Source: an uncultured Chloroflexia bacterium
GTDB taxonomy: Bacteria > Chloroflexota > Ktedonobacteria > Ktedonobacterales > JADMIN01
Reading direction: 5' to 3'
Length of the DNA: 32,000 nucleotides
Assembly: GCA_963718915.1 (NCBI GenBank)
Contig: CAVRAI010000004.1
Coordinates: forward strand, 480,001 to 512,000
Shown here: positions 8,841-17,792 of the stretch, in pieces
Layout: every line of letters starts with the position of its first letter
Numbering within the stretch: position 1 is the stretch's first letter
The notes under the pieces: generated by a model
Told to the model about the DNA's origin: nothing
The model's database searches: none
Seen by the model: only the letters and a program-made list of their open reading frames with translations
Made by a program: the position numbers and the translations under genes

Positions 8841-10349
8841 CTATGCATCGTCGCGCGCCCAACCGCGTGCTCGCTCGACGGCGCGCTGCCAGCCGCGATA
8901 GAGTCGCGCGCGGGTATCATCGGCCATCGACGGCGCGAACGCGCGATCCATTGCCCAGTTGCGGGTGATATCGTCTAGCCCGCTCCAGAAGCCGACTGCC
9001 AACCCTGCCAGGTAGGCCGCGCCGAGCGCTGTCGTCTCCGCGACCACTGGCCGCTGTACCGGCACATTGAGCATATCCGCCTGGAACTGCATCAACCAGT
9101 TGTTGGCGACCATGCCGCCATCCACGCGCAACTCTTGCAGCGTGATGCCGGAGTCCGTCTCCATCGCGTGGGCAACGTCGCGTGTCTGGTAGGCCGCCGC
9201 CTCAAGTGCCGCCCGCACGATCTCGGCGCGCCCCGTGCCGCGTGTCAGTCCGACAATGAGGCCACGGGCGTAGGGATCCCAGTATGGCGCGCCCAGACCG
9301 ACGAACGCGGGCACCAGATAGACGCCGCCGGTATCGTGAATCGAGGTAGCCAGCGACTCGGTCTCGCTCGCCTGCGAGATGATGCCCAGTCCATCGCGCA
9401 GCCACTGCACCGCCGCGCCAGAGATAAAGATGCTACCCTCCAGGCAGTAGGTGATCTTGCCGCCAAGTCCCCAGCCAATCGTCGTGAGCAGCCCGCTCTG
9501 CGAAGCGACGGGCGACTCCCCAGTATTGAGCAGGAGAAAGCCGCCAGTTCCATAGGTGTTCTTGGCCATTCCAGGCGTAAAGCATGCCTGCCCGAAGGTC
9601 GCCGCCTGCTGGTCGCCCGCGTCCCCTGCCACCGGAATCGCCACGCCGAAAAGCTGCTCGTCGGTCGTGCCATAGACCTCACTGCTCGGTCGAACGTCGG
9701 GCAGCATCGCGTGTGGAATGTGTAGCCGCGCCAGAATCTCGTCATCCCATTCAAGGGCATGGATGTTGAAGAGCATGGTGCGCGAGGCGTTGGAATAGTC
9801 GGTGACGTGGACTCTGCCAGCCGTCAGCCGCCAGAGCAGCCAGCAATCGACCGTGCCGAAGAGAATCTCGCCGCGCTCGGCACGCTCGCGCAGGCCCGGC
9901 AGGTTGTCGAGCATCCAGGCGATTTTCGTGCCCGAGAAATAGGCGTCGATCACAAGGCCGGTTTTCGCGCGGACCGGCGCTTCCCAACCCTCGGCACGGA
10001 GCGCATCGCAGAGCGGCGCTGTGCGGCGATCCTGCCAGACGATGGCGTTCATCACTGGTTTTCCGGTCGCCTTCTCCCAGAGGATAGTGGTCTCGCGTTG
10101 ATTGGTGATGCCGAGCGCGGCGATCTGTGCCGGATGCACGCCCGACGTTTGCAGCACACTCTGCGCGCAGGCGATTTGTGATCCCCAGATGGCCTCGGGG
10201 TCGTGTTCCACCCAGCCGGGCTGAGGATAGAGTTGAGGGTATTCCTGACTGGCGACTGCCGCGGCTCGGCCGGAATGGTCGAATAGAATTGCGCGTGAGC
10301 TGGTGGTGCCCTGGTCGAGCGCCATCACGTACTGCGGTGAGTTGGCCAT
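8841..10349 (-). CDS. glpK: Glycerol kinase
   Basis: [16 protein letters not shown]...[17 protein letters not shown], and FGGY-family signatures along the full length (502 aa). SD GAGAGGA lies upstream. Confidence 0.95.
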   Translation of the reverse strand: MANSPQYVMALDQGTTSSRAILFDHSGRAAAVASQEYPQLYPQPGWVEHDPEAIWGSQIACAQSVLQTSGVHPAQIAALGITNQRETTILWEKATGKPVMNAIVWQDRRTAPLCDALRAEGWEAPVRAKTGLVIDAYFSGTKIAWMLDNLPGLRERAERGEILFGTVDCWLLWRLTAGRVHVTDYSNASRTMLFNIHALEWDDEILARLHIPHAMLPDVRPSSEVYGTTDEQLFGVAIPVAGDAGDQQAATFGQACFTPGMAKNTYGTGGFLLLNTGESPVASQSGLLTTIGWGLGGKITYCLEGSIFISGAAVQWLRDGLGIISQASETESLATSIHDTGGVYLVPAFVGLGAPYWDPYARGLIVGLTRGTGRAEIVRAALEAAAYQTRDVAHAMETDSGITLQELRVDGGMVANNWLMQFQADMLNVPVQRPVVAETTALGAAYLAGLAVGFWSGLDDITRNWAMDRAFAPSMADDTRARLYRGWQRAVERARGWARDDA

Positions 10350-10413
10350 AAATGATGCATCCTCTCTGAATGACGCGCGCGTCGAGCGGTCTCAGGCCCA
10401 TAGGCGCATGCTA

Positions 10414-10443
10414 GATGCTAGCATCCAGCAGGATGAGACGCAA
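10414..10443 (-). promoter_or_regulatory. Candidate glpK promoter with an overlapping perfect 12-bp palindrome (possible operator)
   Basis: Minus strand: TTGCGT (10443-10438), 17 nt, TAGCAT (10420-10415). The palindrome GATGCTAGCATC (10414-10425) overlaps the -10. The site is about 65 nt upstream of the glpK ATG. Confidence 0.3.
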
Positions 10444-10686
10444 ACGTGGGATTCATGGCGGATGTGTTCGGTGAAACGTCGCTGAAATTGAGGGGGGGCA
10501 GACCGCCACCTCCTATGGCGCCCTGCCCCCACACGTTGGTTCTGCCGGAACGGCTGCATCCTTGCGATACTGCGTTCATCGCACTTCCTGACAGCATCCC
10601 GTCTGCCGACACAGGTAAGTATAGCCAGAAGCAGCGCAAAATACCCCCTGGAAAACCCTAGTTTTTTGGACGAATATTGGTGAAAC

Positions 10687-10702
10687 TGTGAACTGTGTCA
10701 CA
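10687..10702. promoter_or_regulatory. Perfect CRP/FNR-family-type palindrome TGTGA-N6-TCACA
   Basis: TGTGAACTGTGTCACA lies in the 573-bp glpK upstream intergenic region, about 340 nt from the glpK start. Confidence 0.3.
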
Positions 10703-10922
10703 TTCTGGTTGTTGCAGGAGGGGTATTGGTCTTCCTATAGCCAAAGACTACGGGGTTTGAGCGGTGTTGAGGAAAACCACAGAGCAAAGAGTAAGGGTCA
10801 TACTCGGGTTACAGCGCACGGCAATGTGTTCCACTCGTAGATGTGGCATGCGACGGTTGTATGCTCGGCCAACCAGGCCAGCATGTTTTTGGTTGATTGT
10901 GGGAAGCTGGGATTGGTGGGCT

Positions 10923-11912
10923 TCAGATGCCCGCGAAAGGCGCTGGCATGTCATCCATCATGAAGGCGTGGGCCATCGTTGCGGAGTTACGCGCATAGCC
11001 GACGCGACCGTAGCTATCCAGCACGATCAGCCCGCCCTCACCAGACGTGCGCTCGCCCAACAGGCGGATTGCCGCGGTGGCCGCGCCTTGAGCGGAAAGT
11101 CCCGATGAGAGAAAATCGGCGACGCGCTTCGCTAGCAGCAGCCGGATGAAATCTTCGCCGTCACCAGTGCAAGAGATGCCCCCAATGCCGCCCTCAGCGT
11201 AATAGCCACACCCAGGCAATGGTGTGTCGCCCACGCGCCCGAGATGCTTGCCCGCGCGTCCGCCGGTCGAGGCCGATGCGACGATGTTGCCGTCGCTATC
11301 CACCGCGACCGCGCCTACGGTGCCGTGCTTCACGTCGTCGGCGTGTACCGGCTCGGCGCTGGCGTTGTGACCGTTGGCGGCGGCGCGTGTCTTCGATTTC
11401 GCGGGAGGCTTTGCCAGAAGCGCATCCAACTCGGTTCCCGCGTGCGCGCCATCGCCAGGACGATAGCCGCGTTGCCAGCGCGCGTATTGGTACGGAGTAA
11501 CTAATTCGCCAGGTTCGCAGAGCGAAAAGCCAGCCTCACGGGCGAACTCCTCAGCCCCAGCGCCGACCAGCAGGACATGCGGACTGGTAAGCACGGCGCG
11601 TGCAATCTGTATGGGATTCTTGATGCGCTCGACACCCGCGACAGCGCCGACATTGAGCGACTTGCCATCCATAACACCACAGTCCAGCTGAACGCGCCCG
11701 TCACTGGTCAACACTGCCCCAGTGCCCGCGTTGAATCCCGGATCGTCTTCGAGCGTTGTGATCGCCGCTTCGATGGCATCGAGCGCCGAGCCGCCATCGG
11801 TCAGAATGCGCCAGCCAGCTCTCGCCGCAGCCCGGCAACCCTCACGAGCCGCCTCGTAGCGATCGGGCGGTATGAGTCCCGCGCCGCCGTGAACAATGAT
11901 TGCTCGTCCCAT
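10923..11912 (-). CDS. Isoaspartyl peptidase / L-asparaginase (plant-type, Ntn-hydrolase family)
   Basis: IIVHGGAG, DPGFNAGTGAVLT, and the autoprocessing site HGTVGAVAVD. The start is set at the ATG at 11912 (MGRAIIVHGGAG) with GAGGTG upstream; the ORF-track start at 11960 adds 16 unlikely residues. Confidence 0.88.
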   Translation of the reverse strand: MGRAIIVHGGAGLIPPDRYEAAREGCRAAARAGWRILTDGGSALDAIEAAITTLEDDPGFNAGTGAVLTSDGRVQLDCGVMDGKSLNVGAVAGVERIKNPIQIARAVLTSPHVLLVGAGAEEFAREAGFSLCEPGELVTPYQYARWQRGYRPGDGAHAGTELDALLAKPPAKSKTRAAANGHNASAEPVHADDVKHGTVGAVAVDSDGNIVASASTGGRAGKHLGRVGDTPLPGCGYYAEGGIGGISCTGDGEDFIRLLLAKRVADFLSSGLSAQGAATAAIRLLGERTSGEGGLIVLDSYGRVGYARNSATMAHAFMMDDMPAPFAGI

Positions 11913-12045
11913 CGCGCCATCACCTCGTCGTCGATAACACGCATGAACACGCATGCGCACACCAGCATCTGCCAGTATGGCTCACCGATTCTATCACGAT
12001 GTTGATGTGGCGAATAGTCGCCTGGACCGATGTGCTGGTGTGGCA

Positions 12046-12903
12046 TTACTCGGTACTGGCAGCGGCAGAGCCAATGGAGGCGATCTCAGACTCAGATGAC
12101 ACCGCCTCGCTCGTATGCGACTCTGGCGAATTATATTGCGGCAGCTTCATCTCGGCGCGCAGACGACGAATAGCCTGGTATACCTGCGGCGCGTCCATCT
12201 GGAGGTCGGTGGCAATCTGTTTGTGGACCCCAATGGGTGGCACCGGCAGCAGTGGCAGGTAGCGCTCACGGATACGTTCCAGGGTTTCGTCGTTGCCCTT
12301 GAAAGCTTGTAACTCCCACCAACTGGGCAACTGCCGCCTGGCGCGCAACTCCCTGACCACCTGCTTCACGATTGGCTTGGGCGCCTTCAATTCGTCGGCA
12401 ATCTGCGAACGGATACCATCGAACTCCACCGGATGCGATAGCTCCAGATAGCGTTGCTCGATAGTCGCGCGTAGCTCGTCGGTCAACTCATACGGTTTAG
12501 GGGCGGAACGTGGCTGGCGGGCGCGCTTTTCTGGCGGGGCGGGTCTCTTCGCAGGCTGCTGTGGTGGCGTGGGCTTCGTCACGGGAGGCGTCGCGGCCAT
12601 GGGTTGCGCCGACTCCGGCTGAGGCGCGCGCTGTGGCCCGCGCGTGCTGTGTCGCTCAGCATAGCGTGCCTGCGAGCCAAAGATCGCCTCTTCTGGCGGT
12701 GGTGTCGCCTGGACAATCGTAATTGTTGGCGCCGTTGTTCCGGCGCCTGGGCGGACAGTCCCTCCGTTGCCAGACTGCGCCAGGGCTAGCGCGTTCTTCC
12801 TCGCCAGACGCTCCTTCGCCAGACAGTCCGCGCAGAGCACCTGTTTTTTATTCGTCTGCTTGAATCGCTTGCCGCAGTGGGCGCATTTCATTTTCTCGGA
12901 CAT
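12046..12903 (-). CDS. Hypothetical protein: N-terminal CxxC...CxxC zinc ribbon, Pro-rich linker, two tandem HTH-like modules
   Basis: CAHCGKRF-x10-CADC at the N-terminus, followed by about 100 aa of Pro/Ala/Gln-rich linker. Two modules of about 55 aa then align with each other (E.RYL.L..P...G....IA.[DE]L......V.Q.[VI]R.LRA...LP). No family recognised. Confidence 0.75.
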   Translation of the reverse strand: MSEKMKCAHCGKRFKQTNKKQVLCADCLAKERLARKNALALAQSGNGGTVRPGAGTTAPTITIVQATPPPEEAIFGSQARYAERHSTRGPQRAPQPESAQPMAATPPVTKPTPPQQPAKRPAPPEKRARQPRSAPKPYELTDELRATIEQRYLELSHPVEFDGIRSQIADELKAPKPIVKQVVRELRARRQLPSWWELQAFKGNDETLERIRERYLPLLPVPPIGVHKQIATDLQMDAPQVYQAIRRLRAEMKLPQYNSPESHTSEAVSSESEIASIGSAAASTE

Positions 12904-13283
12904 GTCTCATCGTCCCTTGCTATCACGAAATATACAAAACCTCTTTCCAACGGCCATAGCTGCCATCTGAGGTTCGTATTCAGTATAGGTTCGCGGCGAA
13001 TAGAGCGTCAATGTAGGCGTTGCGTTGCCTGGCTGCACATCCCAATAGAGTCGCGGAACCAATAACGGGCGCTTCCCATAACGTGGATTGTGAGGTGGGA
13101 ACTTGTGCGCCGCGGGCGTGAGTAGTACACTCGTTGCGCGATTGGGCTGTGCCGGTGGGAGGGCCACGTAGCGCAGCGCTAAGGGCAAACGGCCACATTT
13201 CGCTCGAATACCCAGCCCGTTTATACAGGACAAACCGGGTATGCAGCCGAGCGTGTGGTTTTATGAGCGAGGAGATGAGATGC

Positions 13284-13997
13284 ATGGAGCAGTTCATCCA
13301 GCATATCCTTCAGGTGATGGAGACCGTGCCCGCGTTCGCTGTCTATGGCATCATTGCTGTCTGGGTTGGACTGGAGAGTTCCGGCATTGGCGTACCCATC
13401 GAGCCGCTGATGCTCTTCGCTGGTTCATTGACGACACAGGCCGGATCAGCTATTAACCTCATTCTGGTGATCGTAGCGGCATCGGTTGGATGCATACTCT
13501 TTTCCTCAGTGGCTTATTTCATCGGCGACCGCGTCGGTACGCAGGCGATTGCGCGTGTTGGGCGCTATGTGGGGCTGACACAGGCGCGCGCCGATCACAT
13601 CGAGCTCTGGCTGCGTCATCGGGGCGCGGTTGGCGTCTTCATCGCGCGTGAGACGCCCATGGTGCGCACGTATGGCTCATTCATGATGGGGGCAGCGCAA
13701 ATTAAGCTGCCTACTTTCTTGCTGGGGACTGCGGTTGGCTCGCTGTTGTACTGCGGGGTCGTCACGATCATTGGCGCGGCGCTCGGCAAGAACTATGTCA
13801 GCGCCATCAAGTACTTCCAGCAGTTTGGCACAATCGGCGCAGTCGTCGTGGTGGTTGTCCTGTTGACGATCCTGGTCATTCACCACTTCTGGGGGCGATT
13901 GACCTTGTATCGCATCGCGCTCCACTTCCATCGCCATCATGCGCTGCACAAACCCCCGACGACTGAGGCGGATGTCTCGCCGGAGATGCCCGCATAG
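13284..13997 (+). CDS. DedA-family (SNARE-associated) membrane protein
   Basis: LESSGIGVPIEPLMLFAG, FFIGDRVG, and RHRGAVGVFIARETPMVRTYGSFMMG fit the DedA pattern. GAGGAG lies 10 nt upstream of the ATG at 13284. The ORF-track start at 13134 adds a non-hydrophobic, unconserved-looking extension. Confidence 0.85.
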   Translation: MEQFIQHILQVMETVPAFAVYGIIAVWVGLESSGIGVPIEPLMLFAGSLTTQAGSAINLILVIVAASVGCILFSSVAYFIGDRVGTQAIARVGRYVGLTQARADHIELWLRHRGAVGVFIARETPMVRTYGSFMMGAAQIKLPTFLLGTAVGSLLYCGVVTIIGAALGKNYVSAIKYFQQFGTIGAVVVVVVLLTILVIHHFWGRLTLYRIALHFHRHHALHKPPTTEADVSPEMPA

Positions 13998-14188
13998 CGC
14001 CGGGAGCGGCTCTCTGTTGGGATATCGCCGGTCTCGTAACTCCTAGTCAGCGTTGTGAGCCTGCCTGCTTGTGTGTGATATAGTGCCCTGGATCAGCGCA
14101 GCGCATGGCCAATTATTTCTGGCCTGAGACTTGATGCGTAACAATGCGTGCGCGGCACTCTGAACTTTCTGACGAGCGAGGCAAATCC

Positions 14189-15496
14189 ATGACGGTTAGT
14201 GGGCAGGCGAGCGGAACGGACGATGTGCGCACGGTGGACGTGTTGGTAGTAGGCGGTGGGCCAGCTGGGCTGAGCGCGGCGGCGGCGGCGGCGAGTGGCG
14301 GGGCATCGGTCGCGGTGCTCGAGCGGCAGAAGGAGATCGGTTACCCGGTTCACACCAGTGGTGGAAGCTGGGTTGCCGATATGAAGACGCTCGGTATCCC
14401 ATCCGATCTCTACCATCCCATCAAGCACGTGACGTTTCTCTCGCCCAACCGCGAAGCGCGCTTCGAGTACCCCGATCCTGTGTGCTGCGTGCTGGATGTG
14501 CGCGGGGTCTACCAGCATCTTGCCGGTCGCGCTGTCCGGGCAGGTGCGACACTGCATCCCAACTCGCCGGTCGAGGGGCCAATCCTGGAAGATGGGCGTG
14601 TCGTTGGCGTTGTCGCGAAGGATCATCGTAATCGAGTCGGTCAGTGGCGCGCATCGGTTGTCGTCGATGCCAGCGGCTTTTCGAGCACCATTGTGACGAA
14701 GATGGGATTGCGCCAGGGTTTCAAGCGCTACGGTTATGGGGCGGAATACGACCTCGTCGCGCCCAATTACGACCCCGAAACGCTCTACCTGATTATGGGG
14801 AGCCAGGTAGCGCCCGCTGGTTACGCCTGGGCTTTCCCGCGCGGCAAGGGACGCGTGCGATTAGGAGTCGGAGTTATCCGCCCCGATGTAGACGAAGATG
14901 CCCGTGAGTATCTGGATACCTTCGTCCAGCGGCTGCCGTCGCTTGCGTCCGATTTCGCGGGATCAAGTCCGGTTGAGTATCATACCGGCCTCTTCCCGTC
15001 AGAAGGCGTCGCCGAACGCTTTGTCTCAGACGGACTGATCGCGACTGGAGACTCCGCGGGCCATGGATCCACGCTGGTTGGCGAGGGTATTCGCTTCGCG
15101 ATTTACAGCGGCCAGATGGCTGGGGCGGTGGCGGCGGAGGCCGCGCGTGCGGGCGATTGTAGCGCGCAATTTCTGGGCCGGTATGACCGCCAGTGGCGCG
15201 CTCGATTTGGGCGTGAGATGGACATCTCGTATATCGTAAATCAGCGCATCGCGCGCTGGAGCGATGCCCGGTGGGATGAAGGCGTCGAAATACTGCGGCG
15301 GCTCACTCCGGCTCAGGCCGCGGAATTGCTGCGCGGGGACTACAGCATCGGTTTGTTCCTCGGCGTGCTCAGAAGGAACCCAGGACTCCTGCGCACTGGT
15401 TCGCGCAAGTTCTTTGACGTTGCCATGCAGCGCCTGGGTCGCCAGACGCCAGTGACCGAGGCTGAGGTTGCCAGCGCTGGCCAGCAGGAAGCGTAG
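14189..15496 (+). CDS. FAD-dependent oxidoreductase, geranylgeranyl reductase family
   Basis: Rossmann motif VDVLVVGGGPAGLSAA, ...LERQKEIG.PVHTSGG, GDSAGHGSTLVGEGIRFA. Start set at the ATG at 14189. Confidence 0.85.
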   Translation: MTVSGQASGTDDVRTVDVLVVGGGPAGLSAAAAAASGGASVAVLERQKEIGYPVHTSGGSWVADMKTLGIPSDLYHPIKHVTFLSPNREARFEYPDPVCCVLDVRGVYQHLAGRAVRAGATLHPNSPVEGPILEDGRVVGVVAKDHRNRVGQWRASVVVDASGFSSTIVTKMGLRQGFKRYGYGAEYDLVAPNYDPETLYLIMGSQVAPAGYAWAFPRGKGRVRLGVGVIRPDVDEDAREYLDTFVQRLPSLASDFAGSSPVEYHTGLFPSEGVAERFVSDGLIATGDSAGHGSTLVGEGIRFAIYSGQMAGAVAAEAARAGDCSAQFLGRYDRQWRARFGREMDISYIVNQRIARWSDARWDEGVEILRRLTPAQAAELLRGDYSIGLFLGVLRRNPGLLRTGSRKFFDVAMQRLGRQTPVTEAEVASAGQQEA

Positions 15497-15502
15497 CCGT
15501 GC

Positions 15503-15531
15503 TTGACGTTCTCTTGGCGAGAGCATAGACT
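15503..15531 (+). promoter_or_regulatory. Sigma70-type promoter driving the proS T-box leader
   Basis: TTGACG (15503-15508), 17 nt, TAGACT (15526-15531), immediately after the upstream gene's stop (15494-15496). Confidence 0.5.
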
Positions 15532-15537
15532 TTGAGC

Positions 15538-15858
15538 AGAATACGTCCGCGACGACCGGGATCAGTAGGCGCCGATCACCCCATTACGCAGCGAGCCGGG
15601 ATAGTGAAAGCCGGTGTGGGGCATCCCGCCGAACCCATCCCGCGAGCAATAGCCGAACTTCTGCGCGATAGAGGGTAAGGCTATCGGCCATCCACCGTTA
15701 TCATGGGATAGCCTTCCGCGAGGATCATTTCCGGTACGGCAGGCATTGAGGGATGCTTACTGTCGCCATCTATAGCGGCCGGTAGCGTCCGAAGGTAGGT
15801 GGTATCGCGGGAAACATGCCCGCCCTCCCAGGAATCAGGTCTGGAGGGTGGGTTTTTT
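15538..15858 (+). promoter_or_regulatory. T-box leader (tRNA-Pro-responsive) upstream of proS
   Basis: All elements are present in canonical order. AGUAG, then AGCGAG (AGVGA box), then a distal hairpin. The specifier loop reads GAA-CCC-A, with CCC at 15634-15636. The F-box CCGUUA is at 15695-15700. The T-box sequence AGGUGGUAUCGCGG is at 15797-15810; its UGGU implies an A73 tRNA. A terminator hairpin plus U6 follows. Confidence 0.85.
15819..15858 (+). terminator. Intrinsic terminator of the proS T-box (attenuator)
   Basis: CCCGCCCTCCCAG (15819-15831) pairs with CTGGAGGGTGGG (15841-15852), with one G-U and one bulged C. TTTTTT follows at 15853-15858. Confidence 0.8.
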
Positions 15859-15925
15859 GTTGTGCTGTTCTGGTGTTTTGAGTTATGTGCCTGGCGCGGG
15901 GCGCAGCCAGGGGAAAGGCATCACC

Positions 15926-17443
15926 GTGGCAGATACGGCTGGCAGAAAAAGCAAAGGGCAGGCGAAAGCGCGGGCTGAAGAGAAGAATGCGAACGCGGAG
16001 AAAATGGTCGAGGATCTTGCCGACCGCGACGATTTTTCGCAGTGGTATCAGGACCTCGTCTACAAGACCGAGCTGGCTGACGAGTCTCCGGTGCGGGGTT
16101 GCATGGTCATTCGCCCCTATGGCTACGCCCTGTGGGAGAATATGGTGCGGCGGTTGGATGATCGCATCAAGGCGACCGGCCATGAAAACGCCTATTTTCC
16201 GCTTTTCATCCCCAAGAGCTTCATCGAGCGCGAGGCCGAGCATGTGGAGGGATTCGCGCCAGAAGTAGCATGGGTGACGCGCGCGGGCAAAGAAGAACTG
16301 GCCGAGCCATTGGTCGTGCGCCCGACCTCTGAGACGGTCATTGGCTATATGTATGCGCAGTGGGTGCATAGTTATCGCGACCTCCCTCTGCTCTATAACC
16401 AGTGGGGCAATGTCGTTCGCTGGGAAAAGCGCACGCGGCCTTTCCTGCGCACGACTGAATTTCTCTGGCAGGAAGGCCATACCGTCCATCGCACTGAAGA
16501 TGAGGCGCAGGCAGAGACGATGCTGATCCTGCGGCAGGTCTATCAGGATTTTCTGGAAACGGAGCTGGCGATTCCGGTGATCGCGGGCCTCAAGAGTGAG
16601 AGCGAGCGTTTCGCGGGCGCGTTGCGAACATACTCGCTGGAGGCAATGATGGGCGATGGCAAGGCGCTGCAGTCGGCGACATCGCACAATCTGGGTCAGA
16701 ACTTCGCGCGGAGCTTCGACATTAAGTTCCAGGACTCCGATGGCGAGGTGAAGATCGCCTGGACGACAAGCTGGGGCGCGAGTACCCGCATGGTGGGGGG
16801 TGTCATCATGGTACATGGCGATGCCTCAGGCCTTCGGATGCCGCCACGAGTGGCCCCAATTCAGGCAGTGATTGTTCCCATCTGGCGCAAAGATGAGGAG
16901 CGCGAGGCCGTGGCAACGCTGGTGGGCGAGGTTGAACAGTCGCTACGCGCCGTGGGGGTGCGTGTCAAAGCAGACTGGCGTGAGGAGCGGCCTGGCTTCA
17001 AGTATAGCCATTGGGAACTACGGGGCGTGCCGGTACGTATAGAAATTGGCCCTCGTGACGCGCAGAGCGGCCAGGTGGTGCTTGTGCCGCGGACCGACCG
17101 GAGCGACAAGCGCACCGTAGCGCGCGAGGCGGTAGCCGATCATGTCATATCGCTGCTTGATGAGATTCAGCAGACACTGTATGACCAGGCGCTAGCCTTC
17201 CGTAAGAGTCGCACCTACACGGTGAACACCTATGAGGAGTTCCAGGCGTTGATGGCTGACCGCGAACGCCTCGGTTTCGTCGAAGGTTGGTGGTGTGGCG
17301 ACGCCGAGTGTGAGGCGCAAATCAAAGCCGAAACACAGGCGACAATCCGCTGCCTGCCGCTGGAACAGCCTGATGGCAGCGGCGTATGCGTCCATTGTGG
17401 GCGCCCATCGGCTGCCTGGGCCATCTTTGCCAAAGCCTACTGA
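15926..17443 (+). CDS. proS: Prolyl-tRNA synthetase (archaeal/eukaryotic-like type lacking the INS editing domain)
   Basis: DFSQWYQDLVYKTELADESPVRGCMVIRPYGYALWE, FPLFIPKSFIEREAEHVEGFAPEVAWVT, and a C-terminal Zn-binding-type domain (CGDAECE...CVHCG). The ORF-track start (GTG at 15848) lies inside the T-box terminator. I prefer the GTG at 15926, preceded by GGGGAAAGG; the ATG at 16004 is an alternative. Confidence 0.9.
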   Translation: MADTAGRKSKGQAKARAEEKNANAEKMVEDLADRDDFSQWYQDLVYKTELADESPVRGCMVIRPYGYALWENMVRRLDDRIKATGHENAYFPLFIPKSFIEREAEHVEGFAPEVAWVTRAGKEELAEPLVVRPTSETVIGYMYAQWVHSYRDLPLLYNQWGNVVRWEKRTRPFLRTTEFLWQEGHTVHRTEDEAQAETMLILRQVYQDFLETELAIPVIAGLKSESERFAGALRTYSLEAMMGDGKALQSATSHNLGQNFARSFDIKFQDSDGEVKIAWTTSWGASTRMVGGVIMVHGDASGLRMPPRVAPIQAVIVPIWRKDEEREAVATLVGEVEQSLRAVGVRVKADWREERPGFKYSHWELRGVPVRIEIGPRDAQSGQVVLVPRTDRSDKRTVAREAVADHVISLLDEIQQTLYDQALAFRKSRTYTVNTYEEFQALMADRERLGFVEGWWCGDAECEAQIKAETQATIRCLPLEQPDGSGVCVHCGRPSAAWAIFAKAY

Positions 17444-17488
17444 TTCGTAGCTGATAGCGCGACAAGCGGCGCATCGTACACCTGTGCG

Positions 17489-17544
17489 CTCTCTCTCCAC
17501 CTGTCACCGGTTCTATCAAGGGTACCGGGTGGAGAGGGAGTTTT
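17489..17544 (+). terminator. Intrinsic terminator of proS
   Basis: CTCTCTCTCCACC (17489-17501) pairs with GGTGGAGAGGGAG (17528-17540): 13 bp with one G-U, plus inner ACCGG pairing. TTTT follows at 17541-17544. Confidence 0.7.
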
Positions 17545-17671
17545 GTCCTATCACGTGGTGATATTCTGGGCATTGAGTATGCAATAGTGTTGTCAAGGTA
17601 TTGAGTCGCCTCGGGATAGTTCTGAAATGGCCGACCCTACAGCCCTGTGTGATGGTCAAACTGGTAGAAAC

Positions 17672-17701
17672 TGGCAAATGCTATGCTATCCCATGTATAA
17701 T
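17672..17701 (+). promoter_or_regulatory. Candidate promoter for the trkA-like gene pair
   Basis: TGGCAA, 18 nt, then a perfect TATAAT (17696-17701), about 90 nt upstream of the 17793 start. Confidence 0.35.
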
Positions 17702-17792
17702 TTGCTGGCGCCAAATGCCGATGCGAAAAGGGTTTACAGTGGCAGGGCGCATAAAGGACACGCTCCGGACATCGCCCGGAGAAGAAGGGAAT

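Noticed and set aside
10418-11108. Short ORFs in the glpK upstream intergenic region (10418..10639-, 10446..10661+, 10748..10954-, 10764..11108+)
   Set aside because: No SD sequences, mutually overlapping, with low-complexity or odd composition. The region is better explained as regulatory.
12904-13283. Possible structured RNA in the 380-bp divergent region (duplicated AATAGAG motif inside a GGTTCGCGG...CGCGGAACC imperfect hairpin, about 12990-13060)
   Set aside because: The pairing needs a bulge. There is no match to any riboswitch class I know, and the strand is ambiguous. The two ORF-track ORFs here (12907..13233-, 12980..13297-) also look spurious.
15848-15925. ORF-track start of proS at the GTG at 15848
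   Set aside because: That codon lies within the 3' arm of the T-box terminator, just before the U-tract, so translation cannot sensibly start there. The next SD-supported in-frame start is the GTG at 15926.
15770-16816. Long antisense ORFs opposite real genes (15770..16816-, 1914..2885+, 4957..5613-, 17637..18302-, 30937..31611+, 20900..21640+, 21519..22232+, 9751..10401-)
   Set aside because: These are typical high-GC shadow ORFs. The translations are Arg/Ala/Pro/Gly-rich with no motifs. Each is fully contained opposite a gene with unambiguous family signatures.
17545-17792. c-di-AMP (ydaO-type) or other riboswitch upstream of the trkA-like genes
   Set aside because: I could not find the pseudo-two-fold ACGGGG/CCCG-type conserved cores. 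With the TATAAT at 17696-17701, the leader is only about 90 nt. Left for a cmsearch check.
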